A stretch of 64,000 nt of DNA, taken from Halobacteriota archaeon. GTDB taxonomy: Archaea > Halobacteriota > Bog-38 > Methanoflorentales > Methanoflorentaceae. Position numbers and translations under genes: made by a program. This document shows positions 10,212 through 20,822 of the stretch, one piece after another. The notes beneath the pieces are model-generated. The model ran no database searches. It was not told the origin of the DNA and was given only the letters and a program-made list of their open reading frames with translations. The number at the start of each line of letters is the position of its first letter. Positions within the stretch are counted from its first letter, which is position 1. Location: positions 4,519-68,518 of the forward strand of contig JBEKIR010000001.1 in the NCBI GenBank assembly GCA_050011655.1. Direction: 5' to 3'.

Positions 10212-10813
10212 TGCTTCTCCTCCGCTGTAGCCGTCGTTCCATCGTCTTTTTCCGCGACCTGAGTTTTCAGTCCGGGATTGAGCACCTTCAAGCCCTTAGC
10301 AAACGCCCGCTCGAGAATGACTTGCTTCTTGCGGGCGCCGACCGTACGACCTATTCTGACGGCTTTCTGAGGCGTCGCCTCGTCCAGATCAGCTAGGGTG
10401 TTGACCAGCACTTCTTCGAATCCTGAAGGATGAAAGCCCCTTATCGCGCTTGGTGCGCCGTATCCCACTTGCACGACCGGGCCCTTATCCGGAAACCCCC
10501 GCCGCATCTTGTTGAACAGTCCGCGTGGTTTTCTCCAGCTCGGGCTTAGCTTCTTTTTCTTCTCGTAGTCGTCGCGCTTGAACCAGGGTTTGTCGTGCCG
10601 CTTACGAACGAGCAGTAAATGCTTGTGTTTAGCGCTGAATTCCGTATGCTTGAATGAAATTGACTCTTGTGCGACTCGTTGTGCAAGGTCAGCATCGAGG
10701 CCTGCGCTTGCAAGTTCGTCCGCTGTTACGCCCTTGAGGTCGTCCACCGTTCGGTACCCTGCCTCTATCAGCGCTTTAATTTGAGTGTCATCCATTTCAT
10801 TCAAAGCTTTCAT
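10208..10813 (-). CDS. rpl32e: 50S ribosomal protein eL32 with N-terminal HhH-like extension
   Basis: WRKPRG, GYGAP..IRGFHPSG in the C-terminal part; about 55-aa N-terminal extension LIEAGYRTVDDL. Confidence 0.95.
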   Translation of the reverse strand: MKALNEMDDTQIKALIEAGYRTVDDLKGVTADELASAGLDADLAQRVAQESISFKHTEFSAKHKHLLLVRKRHDKPWFKRDDYEKKKKLSPSWRKPRGLFNKMRRGFPDKGPVVQVGYGAPSAIRGFHPSGFEEVLVNTLADLDEATPQKAVRIGRTVGARKKQVILERAFAKGLKVLNPGLKTQVAEKDDGTTATAEEKQ

Positions 10814-11355
10814 GTGCGTGCCCCTAGGCCCTTTTCAATGAGGTAGATGCCGTCTTGAAACACGCGCGGGTCACGCCCCTTGATCCGAGTCGCTTGCTCG
10901 ATGTTCGCAGCGGTTTGTCCCACGTGTTCCTTATCGATGCCTGTAACGATTAGCTCGTCGCCCTGAATAGCAACAAGAGAGCCCCCCATGACTCTAGCGG
11001 TTCGGGGCTTTCGTTCACCCAGAAAGTTTTCGATCGATACGACTTTTCCTTCTACCTTGACCTGGATGGGAAAATGCGAGTATACCAGTTTCAACTTGTA
11101 TTGAAATCCTTCGGTAACCCCTCTGACCATGTTAGTGATGTGAGAAGCGTAAGTGCCTACGATCGATTTTTGCGTCTTCTTGTCCAAGGTGGTCCCGACA
11201 TACACCTTATCTGGCTCGACGCGTATGTCGATGTTTGGGTACCACAGGTCGCGTTCGAGTGTTCCGCGCGGACCCTCTACCCTCACAATTCCGTTGTGAA
11301 CTTCGACCCGGACGGCGTCGGCGATCGGAACCTCTTTTTCTATGACTTGGACCAC
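10810..11355 (-). CDS. rpl6: 50S ribosomal protein uL6
   Basis: YSHFPI, ENFLGER, DPRVFQDGIY. Confidence 0.97.
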   Translation of the reverse strand: MVQVIEKEVPIADAVRVEVHNGIVRVEGPRGTLERDLWYPNIDIRVEPDKVYVGTTLDKKTQKSIVGTYASHITNMVRGVTEGFQYKLKLVYSHFPIQVKVEGKVVSIENFLGERKPRTARVMGGSLVAIQGDELIVTGIDKEHVGQTAANIEQATRIKGRDPRVFQDGIYLIEKGLGART

Positions 11356-11365
11356 AGGTCACCAC

Positions 11366-11758
11366 CTAATAGCAGTACGCTATTAGCTTCCCTCCGACAC
11401 CCCGTTCTCGCGCTTCGATGTGAGTCAGTATCCCGGCAGACGTGGTCAGTATCAGGAAACCGAAGTTGCGCGCCGGCAAATACCGCTGTTCCCATTTCTC
11501 AAGATCAGTTGTGTGAACAGAACTTCGCGGTTTGATCGCGCCGCATCGGTTGATATTACCGAGCAGCTCGATCTTGAATACGCCAGTTTTCCCATCTTCG
11601 ACAAGCTCAAAATCGCCTATGTAGTTCCCTTGCTGCATGACGCGAAGCACGTTGCCGATAAGCTTTGATACGGGCTTGATGCAGCATTCTTTCTTACCGA
11701 CGCCCTCGGCGTTTTTGATCGCTGAAAGAGCGTTTGCGAGCGGATCTAGTAGAACCAT
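11366..11758 (-). CDS. rps8: 30S ribosomal protein uS8
   Basis: [26 protein letters not shown]. Confidence 0.97.
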   Translation of the reverse strand: MVLLDPLANALSAIKNAEGVGKKECCIKPVSKLIGNVLRVMQQGNYIGDFELVEDGKTGVFKIELLGNINRCGAIKPRSSVHTTDLEKWEQRYLPARNFGFLILTTSAGILTHIEARERGVGGKLIAYCY

Positions 11759-11769
11759 GTTGCATCACC

Positions 11770-11913
11770 TCAGTTATACTTCTCAAACTGCATGTCGCTG
11801 GCGATCTCTCGGAAGCATTGTCGACAGAGGTATATCTCGTACTTCGTGACAAGTCCTTGCTTGCGTCCACAGCGCCTGCATTCATGGGCCTCACGCCGTG
11901 TTTTTTCGACCAT
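11770..11913 (-). CDS. rps14: 30S ribosomal protein uS14, Zn-ribbon type (47 aa; below ORF-track cutoff)
   Basis: Manual translation [47 protein letters not shown], between rpl5 and rps8. Confidence 0.96.
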   Translation of the reverse strand: MVEKTRREAHECRRCGRKQGLVTKYEIYLCRQCFREIASDMQFEKYN

Positions 11914-12452
11914 TATCCCAACACCACGTTATAATTGTTTTGAAGGAAAGAAATTGCCTGCTCACGCGTAACTCGATGTCCAATGGGAACGCGTCGTTGC
12001 GCCGCACGACGCCGTGCGACGCGATAGCCTGGCTTCTTGAGTGATACAATTACGTCCATGCCAAATATGCCTATTTGGGGGTCATAGGTCATTCCTGGGA
12101 AATCGGTGTGATCGACGATGCCGAATGACACGTTGCCGGTCTCATCAAACTGAAACTCGTGCACGAAATTCTGCCTCGTCTCAAGCGCGCTGTGAAGAAA
12201 CGCGCTTGCTCGTTCTCTTCGCAGAGTCGTTTTGCATCCTATTGCCTGACCTTTTCTTATCCCGAATATGGGTTGAGTCTTCTTTGCTGACGTTCGCACC
12301 GTGGCTTGCCCGGTAAGAGTTTTTACGATATTCTCCGCGTTGATCAGCTTTTGGCCCCCCTCACCGACACTTATATGAACGGTCACCTTGTCAAGCGTCG
12401 GCTTCGTCATAGGGTTATCAGTTTGTTCTTGTTCCGCACGGGCCTTAAGCAC
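11913..12452 (-). CDS. rpl5: 50S ribosomal protein uL5
   Basis: [34 protein letters not shown]. Confidence 0.97.
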   Translation of the reverse strand: MLKARAEQEQTDNPMTKPTLDKVTVHISVGEGGQKLINAENIVKTLTGQATVRTSAKKTQPIFGIRKGQAIGCKTTLRRERASAFLHSALETRQNFVHEFQFDETGNVSFGIVDHTDFPGMTYDPQIGIFGMDVIVSLKKPGYRVARRRAAQRRVPIGHRVTREQAISFLQNNYNVVLG

Positions 12453-12454
12453 GA

Positions 12455-13126
12455 TCAGTCACCACCGCTGCCCGTCGCAAAGACGTAGTCGTCTATGGTC
12501 TCAAATTGTTTGCCGTCTCGCTCAATTCGTACCATATTCGGACGCGAGCTCGCCATCTTCCTTACTTCTACTATCGTGCCGGTCTCACCAGAGTGTTTTC
12601 CTCCCACGATCACGGCTTTGCTGCCGGCTTTGCGCTCATACCGGTCAACAACGCGGTAATCAGGCAGTGAAAAGACAAGTGAGTCACCAGTGCTGTATTT
12701 TTCTTTCAGGAGTACATTCGTCCCATCGTGCAAGTTGTACTGAAGCTTGCCGCCTCTCACGACCGTAATGTTGTCAATACGGGCCAGCTTGCGCTTCGCG
12801 TCCTCATCGCCTATCTGAGTTAGCTCGTACTTGCCGCGGGGGTTGGGGAGCATGCGGTAGCTTTTGCCGGCAGTCGCAAACACGTCGAACAGGCCGACAT
12901 GCGCTTTGTGCTTCTTCACCACGCGCCCGTTCACCGTCACGCTTCCGTTATGCAAAATCCGCTTCGCCTCTTTTGCGTTGTCGGCGAGGTGCAATACGTC
13001 TCTCAATACGAGTAATATTGGAACGGCTTCTCTCGAGTGTGCGCCGGGAGAAGGAGCAGTGACCCAGTGACTAGTCTTTTTTGCGATTGGCCAGCTTTTT
13101 GGTGCGGAGATTCTTTTTTGATGCAC
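12455..13126 (-). CDS. rps4e: 30S ribosomal protein eS4
   Basis: HQKRISAPKSWPI, NLHDGTN, GGKHSG. Confidence 0.97.
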   Translation of the reverse strand: MHQKRISAPKSWPIAKKTSHWVTAPSPGAHSREAVPILLVLRDVLHLADNAKEAKRILHNGSVTVNGRVVKKHKAHVGLFDVFATAGKSYRMLPNPRGKYELTQIGDEDAKRKLARIDNITVVRGGKLQYNLHDGTNVLLKEKYSTGDSLVFSLPDYRVVDRYERKAGSKAVIVGGKHSGETGTIVEVRKMASSRPNMVRIERDGKQFETIDDYVFATGSGGD

Positions 13127-13127
13127 G

Positions 13128-13493
13128 CTATTCCTCCTCTAGTTTACTGGTCCTGAGTTTGTCTTTGAGCTCAAGCTTTGTAATTATCACGTTTGAAGGG
13201 TGAATGGGTCGTGCCACCTCAGACCCATCGGCCTTGTGAACCGTTATGCCGTCAATTTCGATCGACTCCTCTTTGAGGTTAACCTTCGCCACCTTTCCTT
13301 CATGATCGCGGGAGTCCCCACGAAGCACCTTTACTGTGTCTCCTTTCCGTATTTGAACCCTTCGGCGCTTATATTTATCCGCAAGCTTCTTTTCGAGCGG
13401 CGCGTGCAGATACTTCTGACGCACGTGGAGAGGAGCATCAATTCGTGCTTTCCGCTGTTTCCGCGGTTGCTTAGACGTAACTCTATTTACCAA
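13128..13493 (-). CDS. rpl24: 50S ribosomal protein uL24
   Basis: SKQPRKQRK, RKGDTVKVLRG, IHPSNV. Confidence 0.97.
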   Translation of the reverse strand: MVNRVTSKQPRKQRKARIDAPLHVRQKYLHAPLEKKLADKYKRRRVQIRKGDTVKVLRGDSRDHEGKVAKVNLKEESIEIDGITVHKADGSEVARPIHPSNVIITKLELKDKLRTSKLEEE

Positions 13494-13502
13494 TCTGAAC
13501 CC

Positions 13503-13901
13503 TCACACTATCATTTGAGCGACCGAAGCAATCTTGCCGAAGCGTTCTGCGACTTCGCGGGCAATCGGCCCCTTGATCTCAGTTCCGCGGGGCTCCCCGT
13601 TATCATCGGTGATGACGGCTGCGTTATCTTCAAACTTCACTCTCGTCCCGTCAGGCCTTCTGAATTCCTTTTTCTGCCGCACGATCACAGCCTTGAGAAT
13701 CTGTCGGCGCATGTCAGGCGCCCCTTTTTTGACCGATACTATGACCATCTCGCCTAATCCCGCCTTGGGTTGCCGCTTCTTAACCCCCCGATACCGTTTG
13801 ACCGCGATAATCTCAAGGGTTCTTGCCCCCGTATTATCGACGCAGTCAATTTTCGAGCTCGTTGCGAGCGATCGAGGAATTTTCGCCTTCAGGCTCTTCA
13901 T
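13503..13901 (-). CDS. rpl14: 50S ribosomal protein uL14
   Basis: [26 protein letters not shown]. Confidence 0.98.
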   Translation of the reverse strand: MKSLKAKIPRSLATSSKIDCVDNTGARTLEIIAVKRYRGVKKRQPKAGLGEMVIVSVKKGAPDMRRQILKAVIVRQKKEFRRPDGTRVKFEDNAAVITDDNGEPRGTEIKGPIAREVAERFGKIASVAQMIV

Positions 13902-14218
13902 AGTACTTTAATCACCACGAACGACTTAGTCTTGGACAACGGCCGGCATTCTGCTAGGCTAACGCGGTCTCCCGTTTTTGCCGCGACGCAATCCGGATTA
14001 TGAGCGTGTAGTTTCGACTTCCTCTTTTCGTACCTTTCGTACTTCGGAATGTATTTTAGGTACTCTCGCTGCACTACGACGGTTCGGGCAGTTTTGTCGC
14101 TCACGACCGTTCCGTCGATCACCTGCCCCCGCACAGAAAGTGTTCCGTGAAAGGGGCATTTGCTGTCCTCGCACTCCTCTGTGGGCGCAGCTACGTCAAA
14201 GCCAATATTCGTTCGCAT
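13898..14218 (-). CDS. rps17: 30S ribosomal protein uS17
   Basis: [28 protein letters not shown]; start placed at ATG 14218 (MRTNIG). Confidence 0.96.
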   Translation of the reverse strand: MRTNIGFDVAAPTEECEDSKCPFHGTLSVRGQVIDGTVVSDKTARTVVVQREYLKYIPKYERYEKRKSKLHAHNPDCVAAKTGDRVSLAECRPLSKTKSFVVIKVL

Positions 14219-14222
14219 GTTG

Positions 14223-14513
14223 TCACCTGTTGTGCCATTTTCGAACACTCTTTGCAACGCGGTCTTCCGGGCGTCCCTGGACAAGATCTCCGGCTACTCG
14301 TAATTTATCGCCTTCTGGCAGCGTGAATTCAAATGTATTGCGGTGCTTGGCGGCCGTTTTTTCCTGGCCGCCGCATTCTAATTTGAAAATATTTCTGCTT
14401 TCGTCAATGATCCGCCCACTCAAGCCTACCGCGTCCTCGTTAGTACTCTTCACCAGCGTCACACGCAAACCAATGAGCTCGTGATTCACGAAGTTCTGAG
14501 GAGTGATTCTCAT
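14223..14513 (-). CDS. rnp1: Ribonuclease P protein component 1 (Rpp29/Pop4)
   Basis: [24 protein letters not shown]; conserved position. Confidence 0.94.
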   Translation of the reverse strand: MRITPQNFVNHELIGLRVTLVKSTNEDAVGLSGRIIDESRNIFKLECGGQEKTAAKHRNTFEFTLPEGDKLRVAGDLVQGRPEDRVAKSVRKWHNR

Positions 14514-14520
14514 CTAGCAC

Positions 14521-14739
14521 CTACGTACCCGCTGCTTTCGTGTTCTTCTCTTCGTTCATAATTGTGCGGATTCGAGCGATGGTCCGTCGGAGCTCCTTTG
14601 GTCTTCCCGGATTCTCTGGAGCACCGCCTGCAGACACAAGCGCTCTCTCTCTTAAGAGCTCCGCTATCAGATCGTCAAGCTGCTTGCTTCGTTCATCCGG
14701 TTTCATCCTGCGTATCTCTCGGCTCCTCAGTATTGCCAT
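14521..14739 (-). CDS. rpl29: 50S ribosomal protein uL29
   Basis: [18 protein letters not shown]. Confidence 0.96.
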   Translation of the reverse strand: MAILRSREIRRMKPDERSKQLDDLIAELLRERALVSAGGAPENPGRPKELRRTIARIRTIMNEEKNTKAAGT

Positions 14740-15364
14740 TCGCCTCCACCTCTTCGTCTGGTATTTGTTCGATCAGCCGTATGTCATCAGGAAGTTTGAC
14801 TCCGGGAGGCACGATGAAGACTTTGACCCCGATGATCCCAAGCTTCCGTTTCGCGACTGCGTAGCCTTTCATTACCAGCTCTTCAGCAGGTTTTCCGCAG
14901 TGCTTTATGTATCCGGCGAGAAACTTCTCGGTTCGCGACCGCGGGCCGGTGATCTTTCCCGCTAGGATCACTTCGCATCCAAGCGCACCGGCGTCCATAA
15001 CCCGCTGGAGCGTCGATTGTCCTGCCTTTCTAAAATACCAGCCCCGCTCAAGCGCGTTAGCTAACCGGTGCGCCATTATTTGCGCGTTTAGCTCGGGAAC
15101 TTCAATCTCCTGGACATCGAGCTGTGGGTTGTCGAGTTTGAAATTCGCATCGAGCTCTCTGGTGACTCGTCTGATCGTTTTGCCGCTTTTTCCGATGATC
15201 ATTCCGGGTTTCTCTGCGTATAAAGTGATGTGCGTGCCGATGGGAGTGCGATTGATCTCCATGCCACCGTAGCCTGCGCGCTCTAGCTCCTTGTTCAAGT
15301 ACTCGTTCATCTGAGATCTCTTCAAGCCCTCCTCTATGAATTTTTTCTCAATCCCCATTTTCAA
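14693..15364 (-). CDS. rps3: 30S ribosomal protein uS3
   Basis: [15 protein letters not shown] (KH), [11 protein letters not shown]. Confidence 0.97.
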   Translation of the reverse strand: MKMGIEKKFIEEGLKRSQMNEYLNKELERAGYGGMEINRTPIGTHITLYAEKPGMIIGKSGKTIRRVTRELDANFKLDNPQLDVQEIEVPELNAQIMAHRLANALERGWYFRKAGQSTLQRVMDAGALGCEVILAGKITGPRSRTEKFLAGYIKHCGKPAEELVMKGYAVAKRKLGIIGVKVFIVPPGVKLPDDIRLIEQIPDEEVEANGNTEEPRDTQDETG

Positions 15365-15818
15365 ACTCCTGGAGCACGATTTCGACCGTTACCGTGGCCG
15401 TGTTCTTTGCGGTGGCGCGTCCCATCGCGCGAGGCATCCTGCCTTCAATAACGCGCCCCCTTCTCGCCAAACTGTGGACTATCCGCATTCGATCAGTATC
15501 GAGCCCTTTGTATTCAGCATTCGCTTCCGCGCCCTTTAAGACCGTAAGTATGTCCCGGGCCGCTTTCTGGGGAAATCGGCCTGCGTCCCAGCCGCTTAAC
15601 CCCGCGCGATGTCCGACGCCTGAACTGTGGCGCTTGAACGGCACGGGCTTCGTGAGCTTAGTAATCCCTTCCAAAAGGGATTTGGCTTCTGCGAGCGACT
15701 TTCCCCGCAGCTCCCTGCATATCTCCACGCAGTGTCGCGGCGATACGTGAAGCTCATGGCCTTGCGAACGGGCCGTTTTCTCGTTGTCAAACTCGACTGA
15801 ATACTTGGTGAACGCCAT
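15348..15818 (-). CDS. rpl22: 50S ribosomal protein uL22
   Basis: GRFPQKAA, NAEYKGLD, PRAMGRA. Confidence 0.97.
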   Translation of the reverse strand: MAFTKYSVEFDNEKTARSQGHELHVSPRHCVEICRELRGKSLAEAKSLLEGITKLTKPVPFKRHSSGVGHRAGLSGWDAGRFPQKAARDILTVLKGAEANAEYKGLDTDRMRIVHSLARRGRVIEGRMPRAMGRATAKNTATVTVEIVLQEFENGD

Positions 15819-15822
15819 TAAA

Positions 15823-16233
15823 TCACTTCAGTGGAACGTATCTACTGGATCGTGTCGCTCCCACGCCCGGACCGCCGTGTGATACCCGTCGCCTTGTGAG
15901 CGCGTATTCCCCAAGGTAATGCCCTATCATTTCCGGCATAATCTCGAGGATGGCGAACGTCTTTCCGTCGTGGACTCCGATCGAGGTGCCGACCATCTCA
16001 GGGAGAACGATCATGTCCCTCTGATGGGTGCGGATGGTTTTTCCCTCTCGTATCTTTTGCAACAGCTTCTTTTGGTCTTCCGTGAATTCTCTTTTGAGCT
16101 TTCTGCGTTGACGCGCAGGAAAGAGCTGAGCCAATTTATCGAGCTCCATGTCCTTGAGCTCCTCAAGGGAATGCCCTCTATATGAAAACTCTTCCTTTCG
16201 GCGTGGCGCTTCCACTTTTCTTCTCTTAGCCAT
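15823..16233 (-). CDS. rps19: 30S ribosomal protein uS19
   Basis: [27 protein letters not shown]. Confidence 0.98.
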   Translation of the reverse strand: MAKRRKVEAPRRKEEFSYRGHSLEELKDMELDKLAQLFPARQRRKLKREFTEDQKKLLQKIREGKTIRTHQRDMIVLPEMVGTSIGVHDGKTFAILEIMPEMIGHYLGEYALTRRRVSHGGPGVGATRSSRYVPLK

Positions 16234-16256
16234 ACTTTCACCAGCTCTTCGTTTGA

Positions 16257-16970
16257 CTATCGTTTACCCGTGCGGCGAGCTGCAATGCTGCCAACTTTCC
16301 GACCCGGCGGAGCATTGCGGCTGACCGTTTTTGGGCGGCCCGGATGCTGCCAACCGCCGCCGCCGAATGGGTGGTCTACCACGTTCATGGCAACCCCGCG
16401 CACACGGGGATATTTTGCTGCTCTTGAACGGATCTTGTGGAACTTCTTGCCTGCTTTGACAAAGGGCTTGTCAAGGCGTCCTCCACCTGCCACCATTCCT
16501 ATCATTGCTCGGCAATGCGGATGGAGCCATTTCATTTCGCCACTAGGCAGTTGCACGACAGTTTTTTGCACGTCGTGCGCGATCAGCATCCCGTAGACGC
16601 CGGATGCCCGCGCGAAACACCCTCCGTCGCCAGGTTGCGATTCAATACTGCAGATCGGCACCCCTTCCGGGATTTCTGCAAGCGGCAGAATATTGCCAGC
16701 TTTGACCTCTGCTGACGCTCCGCACGCGATTTCATCGCCCACGCAAAGACCCTCTGGCACCAATATCAAGCGCTCCGTTCCGTCCGCCAACTCAACTCGC
16801 GCTATGGGGGCGCTGCGAGCAGGGTCGTGAAGGACCTCGACTACGCGCGCTTTCACATCCTCATCCTTGTCAGCTTTGATCAATTTCAAGGCTGCCTTAT
16901 AGCGGTGAGACGGTGCCCGATAGGTCGGTGTTCCCTTGCCCCGATTTTGCGATATTATTCTCTTGCCCAT
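16257..16970 (-). CDS. rpl2: 50S ribosomal protein uL2
   Basis: [25 protein letters not shown]. Confidence 0.98.
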   Translation of the reverse strand: MGKRIISQNRGKGTPTYRAPSHRYKAALKLIKADKDEDVKARVVEVLHDPARSAPIARVELADGTERLILVPEGLCVGDEIACGASAEVKAGNILPLAEIPEGVPICSIESQPGDGGCFARASGVYGMLIAHDVQKTVVQLPSGEMKWLHPHCRAMIGMVAGGGRLDKPFVKAGKKFHKIRSRAAKYPRVRGVAMNVVDHPFGGGGWQHPGRPKTVSRNAPPGRKVGSIAARRTGKR

Positions 16971-16982
16971 ATCCCGACTCCG

Positions 16983-17228
16983 TTAGAAGATTCCAAGTTT
17001 TGATGCGATCTCTTCAGCAGAATCGTCGCTTGAAAGCGTAATAGTAGCTTTTTTGAACCCTTTGGGTGTAACGAGCGTCTTCACGTCGACGACTGTGACG
17101 TCATAGATTTCTTCCACCGCTTTTTTTATATCGTCTTTTGTATCTTCGACGTCAGCGATGAACGTGAGCTTGTTCTCTCTGTCAAGCTGAGCTGTCGCCT
17201 TCTCGGTTACATACGCGTGTTTCAACAT
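16983..17228 (-). CDS. rpl23: 50S ribosomal protein uL23
   Basis: VTEKA, ENKLTF, KKATITL. Confidence 0.96.
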   Translation of the reverse strand: MLKHAYVTEKATAQLDRENKLTFIADVEDTKDDIKKAVEEIYDVTVVDVKTLVTPKGFKKATITLSSDDSAEEIASKLGIF

Positions 17229-17232
17229 GACT

Positions 17233-17976
17233 CTACCCTTTCCCTAAGGCATTTATCGCCGACTGGGTCCATATTGTTAGTCTACCTGCGTGCGTACCCG
17301 GAGCTAGAAGCTCAACGTTCAACTGATTCACCGCTACAACATCAACTCCGGACAAATTGCGCGCTGCCAACACGGGCCTCGTGCAGATGATGAGAACGCT
17401 CTTTTTGTTCTTGTAGCGTCGGCCCCGCCGTTTGCCTTTCCCAGCACGCACGCGTTTACCGCGTTTCGCTTTCTCTACGTCTTGCCAGACGTTTAGCGCG
17501 GTCAGTACTTCTGCTATTTCGCTGGTTGTGACCAACTCTTCGAAGGCGTCCTCAAGTATGAGTGGAAGGGTTCCTTCAAACCGATGACCGCGCGCTTTGA
17601 CTAGATCAGGTTTTGCGGTGGCTGCGATTGCAGATCGCATCGCTTTCTGCCTTTCCTTCCTGTTTATCTTGTCGAAAAATACCCTCTTTGAGCTTGGCGG
17701 ATGTGCTTTTCTTCCGCCAACCGCTTGCGGCACCCTCGCGACCCTGCTTGAGTTCTTCAATCGCGGGACTTGCGCGACTCCGCGCCCCGAACCCCACGAT
17801 TCCGCCGAGGTCTTAATGCCGGCCGTGGGCTCCGGTCCATAGGCCTGCCTCCTATTTGCCTGCGAAACGACGACTGCCTTTTTTATGAGATCTGGGCGGT
17901 AGAGTTCGTCGAAAAGCTCCGGAAGATCGATTTTCTTCCTGGCCTTGCCCTTCAGACTCAATAGTCGCCCCTTCAT
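17233..17976 (-). CDS. rpl4: 50S ribosomal protein uL4
   Basis: SAESWGSGRG, GGRKAHPP, LAPGTHAGRLT. Confidence 0.98.
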   Translation of the reverse strand: MKGRLLSLKGKARKKIDLPELFDELYRPDLIKKAVVVSQANRRQAYGPEPTAGIKTSAESWGSGRGVAQVPRLKNSSRVARVPQAVGGRKAHPPSSKRVFFDKINRKERQKAMRSAIAATAKPDLVKARGHRFEGTLPLILEDAFEELVTTSEIAEVLTALNVWQDVEKAKRGKRVRAGKGKRRGRRYKNKKSVLIICTRPVLAARNLSGVDVVAVNQLNVELLAPGTHAGRLTIWTQSAINALGKG

Positions 17977-17977
17977 C

Positions 17978-18970
17978 TCATCTCACCCCTTGCTTCGATC
18001 GAACGCTCACGTAGCTGAGATCAGGAACCGTGTGTGCGGTTTTGTGTGGCCTGGTGGCCGATCTCATTCTAATGAGCCTCTTGGCAGGTCCCGGAACCGA
18101 TCCGTGAAGAAGAACGTACGCGCCTCGAACGAGCCCATATTTGACAAATCCGCCTGCGGGAGTCACTACAGCTCCGTCCGGCCCGATTTTAAGTATTCGC
18201 TTATTGTACTCAGTTCTTTGTTGATAGCCCATCTGACCAAGTTGCGGGACCGTCCACCTAACACGCGCCGGGTTCCACGGACCAAGATTCCCGATGTGGC
18301 GCCCCTTGCCGCCCCTGAACGCTTTTCGATCCTGGATGGTGACGCCCCACCGTTTGACCGGCCCCTGAACCCCTTTGCCCTTTGTCACTGCGATTACGTC
18401 GACTAGCATACCTTCTTTGAAGACGTTCTCAGCGGCGATTTCTTCTCCCAAGATAGCGTCCGCGTATGTATACGCAGCGCTTGCATCGTCTCCACCAACA
18501 GGCACTTCCATCAGTTCAGGCACCTTCTTTGGAATGCCACTCACCGCCGCTGGCGAGGTATAAACCAGCACGCGGATCTCGTCCGCACCGTCGAGACCCC
18601 CATCCCGGCGTCCTGCCTCCTTGGGAAGCGGCCTGCGCTTCGCAACATCGCCTGCGATATTGCCGGCCCAAGCTTCGAGCACAATGCGCTTTCCATAGGG
18701 CGTCTTACGATACGTCCGTACAGCCGCTACTTTCATCGCGGGAGTTTCGACGACCGTGGCGGGCACGCTTATCTCTAAACCTTCAGTTGGGCTATTAGGG
18801 GAATCATCGACTAAGATCACGTGCGTCATCCCAGCTTTGTAGCCCGCGAATCCCAGTATTCGCGGCTCATCTTGCTCTGGCCAGGAGCGGATTCTCGGCA
18901 CTTCGCTCTTTGCCCTCTTTCGGGGGCTGTAGGCGAGCGATCCGCGTCTCGGACGATGTCTTTTTGTCAT
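17978..18970 (-). CDS. rpl3: 50S ribosomal protein uL3
   Basis: PRRGSLAYSPRKRA, GYKAGMTH, GQMGYQQRTEYNK. Confidence 0.98.
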   Translation of the reverse strand: MTKRHRPRRGSLAYSPRKRAKSEVPRIRSWPEQDEPRILGFAGYKAGMTHVILVDDSPNSPTEGLEISVPATVVETPAMKVAAVRTYRKTPYGKRIVLEAWAGNIAGDVAKRRPLPKEAGRRDGGLDGADEIRVLVYTSPAAVSGIPKKVPELMEVPVGGDDASAAYTYADAILGEEIAAENVFKEGMLVDVIAVTKGKGVQGPVKRWGVTIQDRKAFRGGKGRHIGNLGPWNPARVRWTVPQLGQMGYQQRTEYNKRILKIGPDGAVVTPAGGFVKYGLVRGAYVLLHGSVPGPAKRLIRMRSATRPHKTAHTVPDLSYVSVRSKQGVR

Positions 18971-18979
18971 TGGTTTACC

Positions 18980-19777
18980 TCATGTTGATTCGTGCAGCGC
19001 GATATTGAACACGCTCAACGTGGCCATGATAGCTTCTTCTGTGCGCACCGTCTCTGTCCCTTGCTGCGGAATCGTATTAACGACAAAGTCTGAAGCCTCC
19101 TCCATCGATAGTCCCGCTTCCTGGAATAACGCTTCTACTCCGCGATTAGGGGCCCCAAATACGAAAGTCATCAATTCGGCGCTTCTCCTTCTTATTTCAT
19201 TGTGTATGGCGGGACTTATTGGCTGTCCGTGCCTCGACGTGGCTATGACCAACCCCTCCAACGCATTTGCGATGCTATCTACCACCCGGACCGAATACCC
19301 CCAATAACGCGGCGGCTTCTGAGTCAGTTCGACTTCAAGCGGATCTCGCGAAAAGATCTTAACTGTCACGCGCTCCCCTTTGCGTAATGTGGCTGTTCGC
19401 AAAAGGGCCGGGCAATCCAAACCGATTTCAACCCAAGCGCAGTCAGTTCCGACGTCTATCACAATTCCTTCTCGAATGTCATCACGCGGCCGCGCGTGAT
19501 GAGGGGTCTTCAATGGGGGGACCACCCCGACGGATCGCAACTCATTTGAGCGCGGGAAAAGCAGCTTTCGAAGGTATTGCGGCGCCTCCATATACTGCAA
19601 AATCGACGCGATGAATTTGCTGTCATCGTACGCAGCGTCACGGTAAACCGTAACACGTTGCACCCCAAATATTGCCGCCGCCCGAGCGACTTGTCCGACC
19701 TTGTATGTCTTTATTTTCTGATCGGCGGTTTCGATGGTCAAGGACGAGGGCACTGCAAGCTGTATCTTGGGGTGCAT
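18980..19777 (-). CDS. SPOUT-family RNA methyltransferase (DUF171/C9orf114-like)
   Basis: GQVARAAAIF, PQYLRK, YWGY, NTIPQQGTETVRTEEA; canonical position upstream of rpl3. Confidence 0.92.
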   Translation of the reverse strand: MHPKIQLAVPSSLTIETADQKIKTYKVGQVARAAAIFGVQRVTVYRDAAYDDSKFIASILQYMEAPQYLRKLLFPRSNELRSVGVVPPLKTPHHARPRDDIREGIVIDVGTDCAWVEIGLDCPALLRTATLRKGERVTVKIFSRDPLEVELTQKPPRYWGYSVRVVDSIANALEGLVIATSRHGQPISPAIHNEIRRRSAELMTFVFGAPNRGVEALFQEAGLSMEEASDFVVNTIPQQGTETVRTEEAIMATLSVFNIALHEST

Positions 19778-19922
19778 TTTCGCACATCTGCGTCATAACG
19801 CCTGACCCGTGTAGTTTTTAAAAGTGCAACAAAGCTACTTAAAGGTTTCTGACGCTGCTGCGGCTCGCGTCACGCGATTCCGATACTCCTAAATAAGGTA
19901 AATCCTATATAAACGGCCAAGA

Positions 19923-20822
19923 ATGGACGACGCCAGCGGCGCAGCCCAAAAGCTCCACGCTGCAACTTTTTCAGTAGTTGTCAATGTGCTTCTGCTCTCC
20001 GCGAAAATTATCGTGGGGGTTGCAAGCGGCAGTCTAGGAATGCTCGCCGAAGCGGCCCATTCGCTGCTCGACCTTCTTGCTTCGGGCTTTGCTTACACGG
20101 GCATCAGAAGCGCAAATAGACCACTTGACGAAGAACATCCCTACGGGCACGAGAAGTTCGAAAACTTTTCAAGCCTCGTACAGACCGCACTTCTAGGCGT
20201 TACAAGCATATGGATCTTCTATGAGGCGGGCCTGCGACTTCTCACAGGATTTGCTATCCAGATAGACAATACGCTTTATTACGCCATCGCCATTATGATT
20301 TTTGCCATCATCGCAGATTTCTGCGTTTCGAGGTATCTGTTTCAAAACGCCCGAAGATACGGAAGTTCAGCCTTAGAAGCCGACGCTTATCATTTCTCAA
20401 CGGACATTTATAGCTCAGCAGCTGTGCTTCTCGGCTTGGCGGCAGCCAAGTTCGGTTATGTCGTCGTCGACCCTTTGGCCGCGATCTTCGTTGCGATTAT
20501 TATGCTTACGACTTCTATCCGGCTCGGGCGAAAAACGACTCGGGTCCTCGTCGACGCCGCCCCACCAAAGGAAATAACGTCAAAAATCAGAGACGTTATA
20601 ACGGATAACCGCGACATAACTGCCTTCCACGATCTTCGGGCCCGGCAAGCCGGCAGCAGCATATTCGTGGACGTAAGCATCCATGTCCGGCCGAACCTTA
20701 GTCTTGAAGACGCTCACAACATCGCCAACAAACTGGAAAAAGACATAAAAGCGTGCGTGCCAAACGTTAAGGAGGCCATTATTCACATCGAACCGGAGAC
20801 GTCGACGCGAGAAACGACATGA
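19923..20822 (+). CDS. Cation diffusion facilitator (CDF) family transporter
   Basis: AEAAHSLLD, HPYGHEKFE, ADAYHFSTD, C-terminal IHIEP domain. Confidence 0.94.
   Translation: MDDASGAAQKLHAATFSVVVNVLLLSAKIIVGVASGSLGMLAEAAHSLLDLLASGFAYTGIRSANRPLDEEHPYGHEKFENFSSLVQTALLGVTSIWIFYEAGLRLLTGFAIQIDNTLYYAIAIMIFAIIADFCVSRYLFQNARRYGSSALEADAYHFSTDIYSSAAVLLGLAAAKFGYVVVDPLAAIFVAIIMLTTSIRLGRKTTRVLVDAAPPKEITSKIRDVITDNRDITAFHDLRARQAGSSIFVDVSIHVRPNLSLEDAHNIANKLEKDIKACVPNVKEAIIHIEPETSTRETT

Noticed and set aside
14693..14739. 47-bp overlap between rps3 and rpl29
   Set aside because: Variable acidic uS3 tail; overlaps are common in this operon
3923..19777. Numerous plus-strand ORFs opposite the ribosomal operon
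   Set aside because: Antisense shadow ORFs of conserved genes with no recognisable motifs
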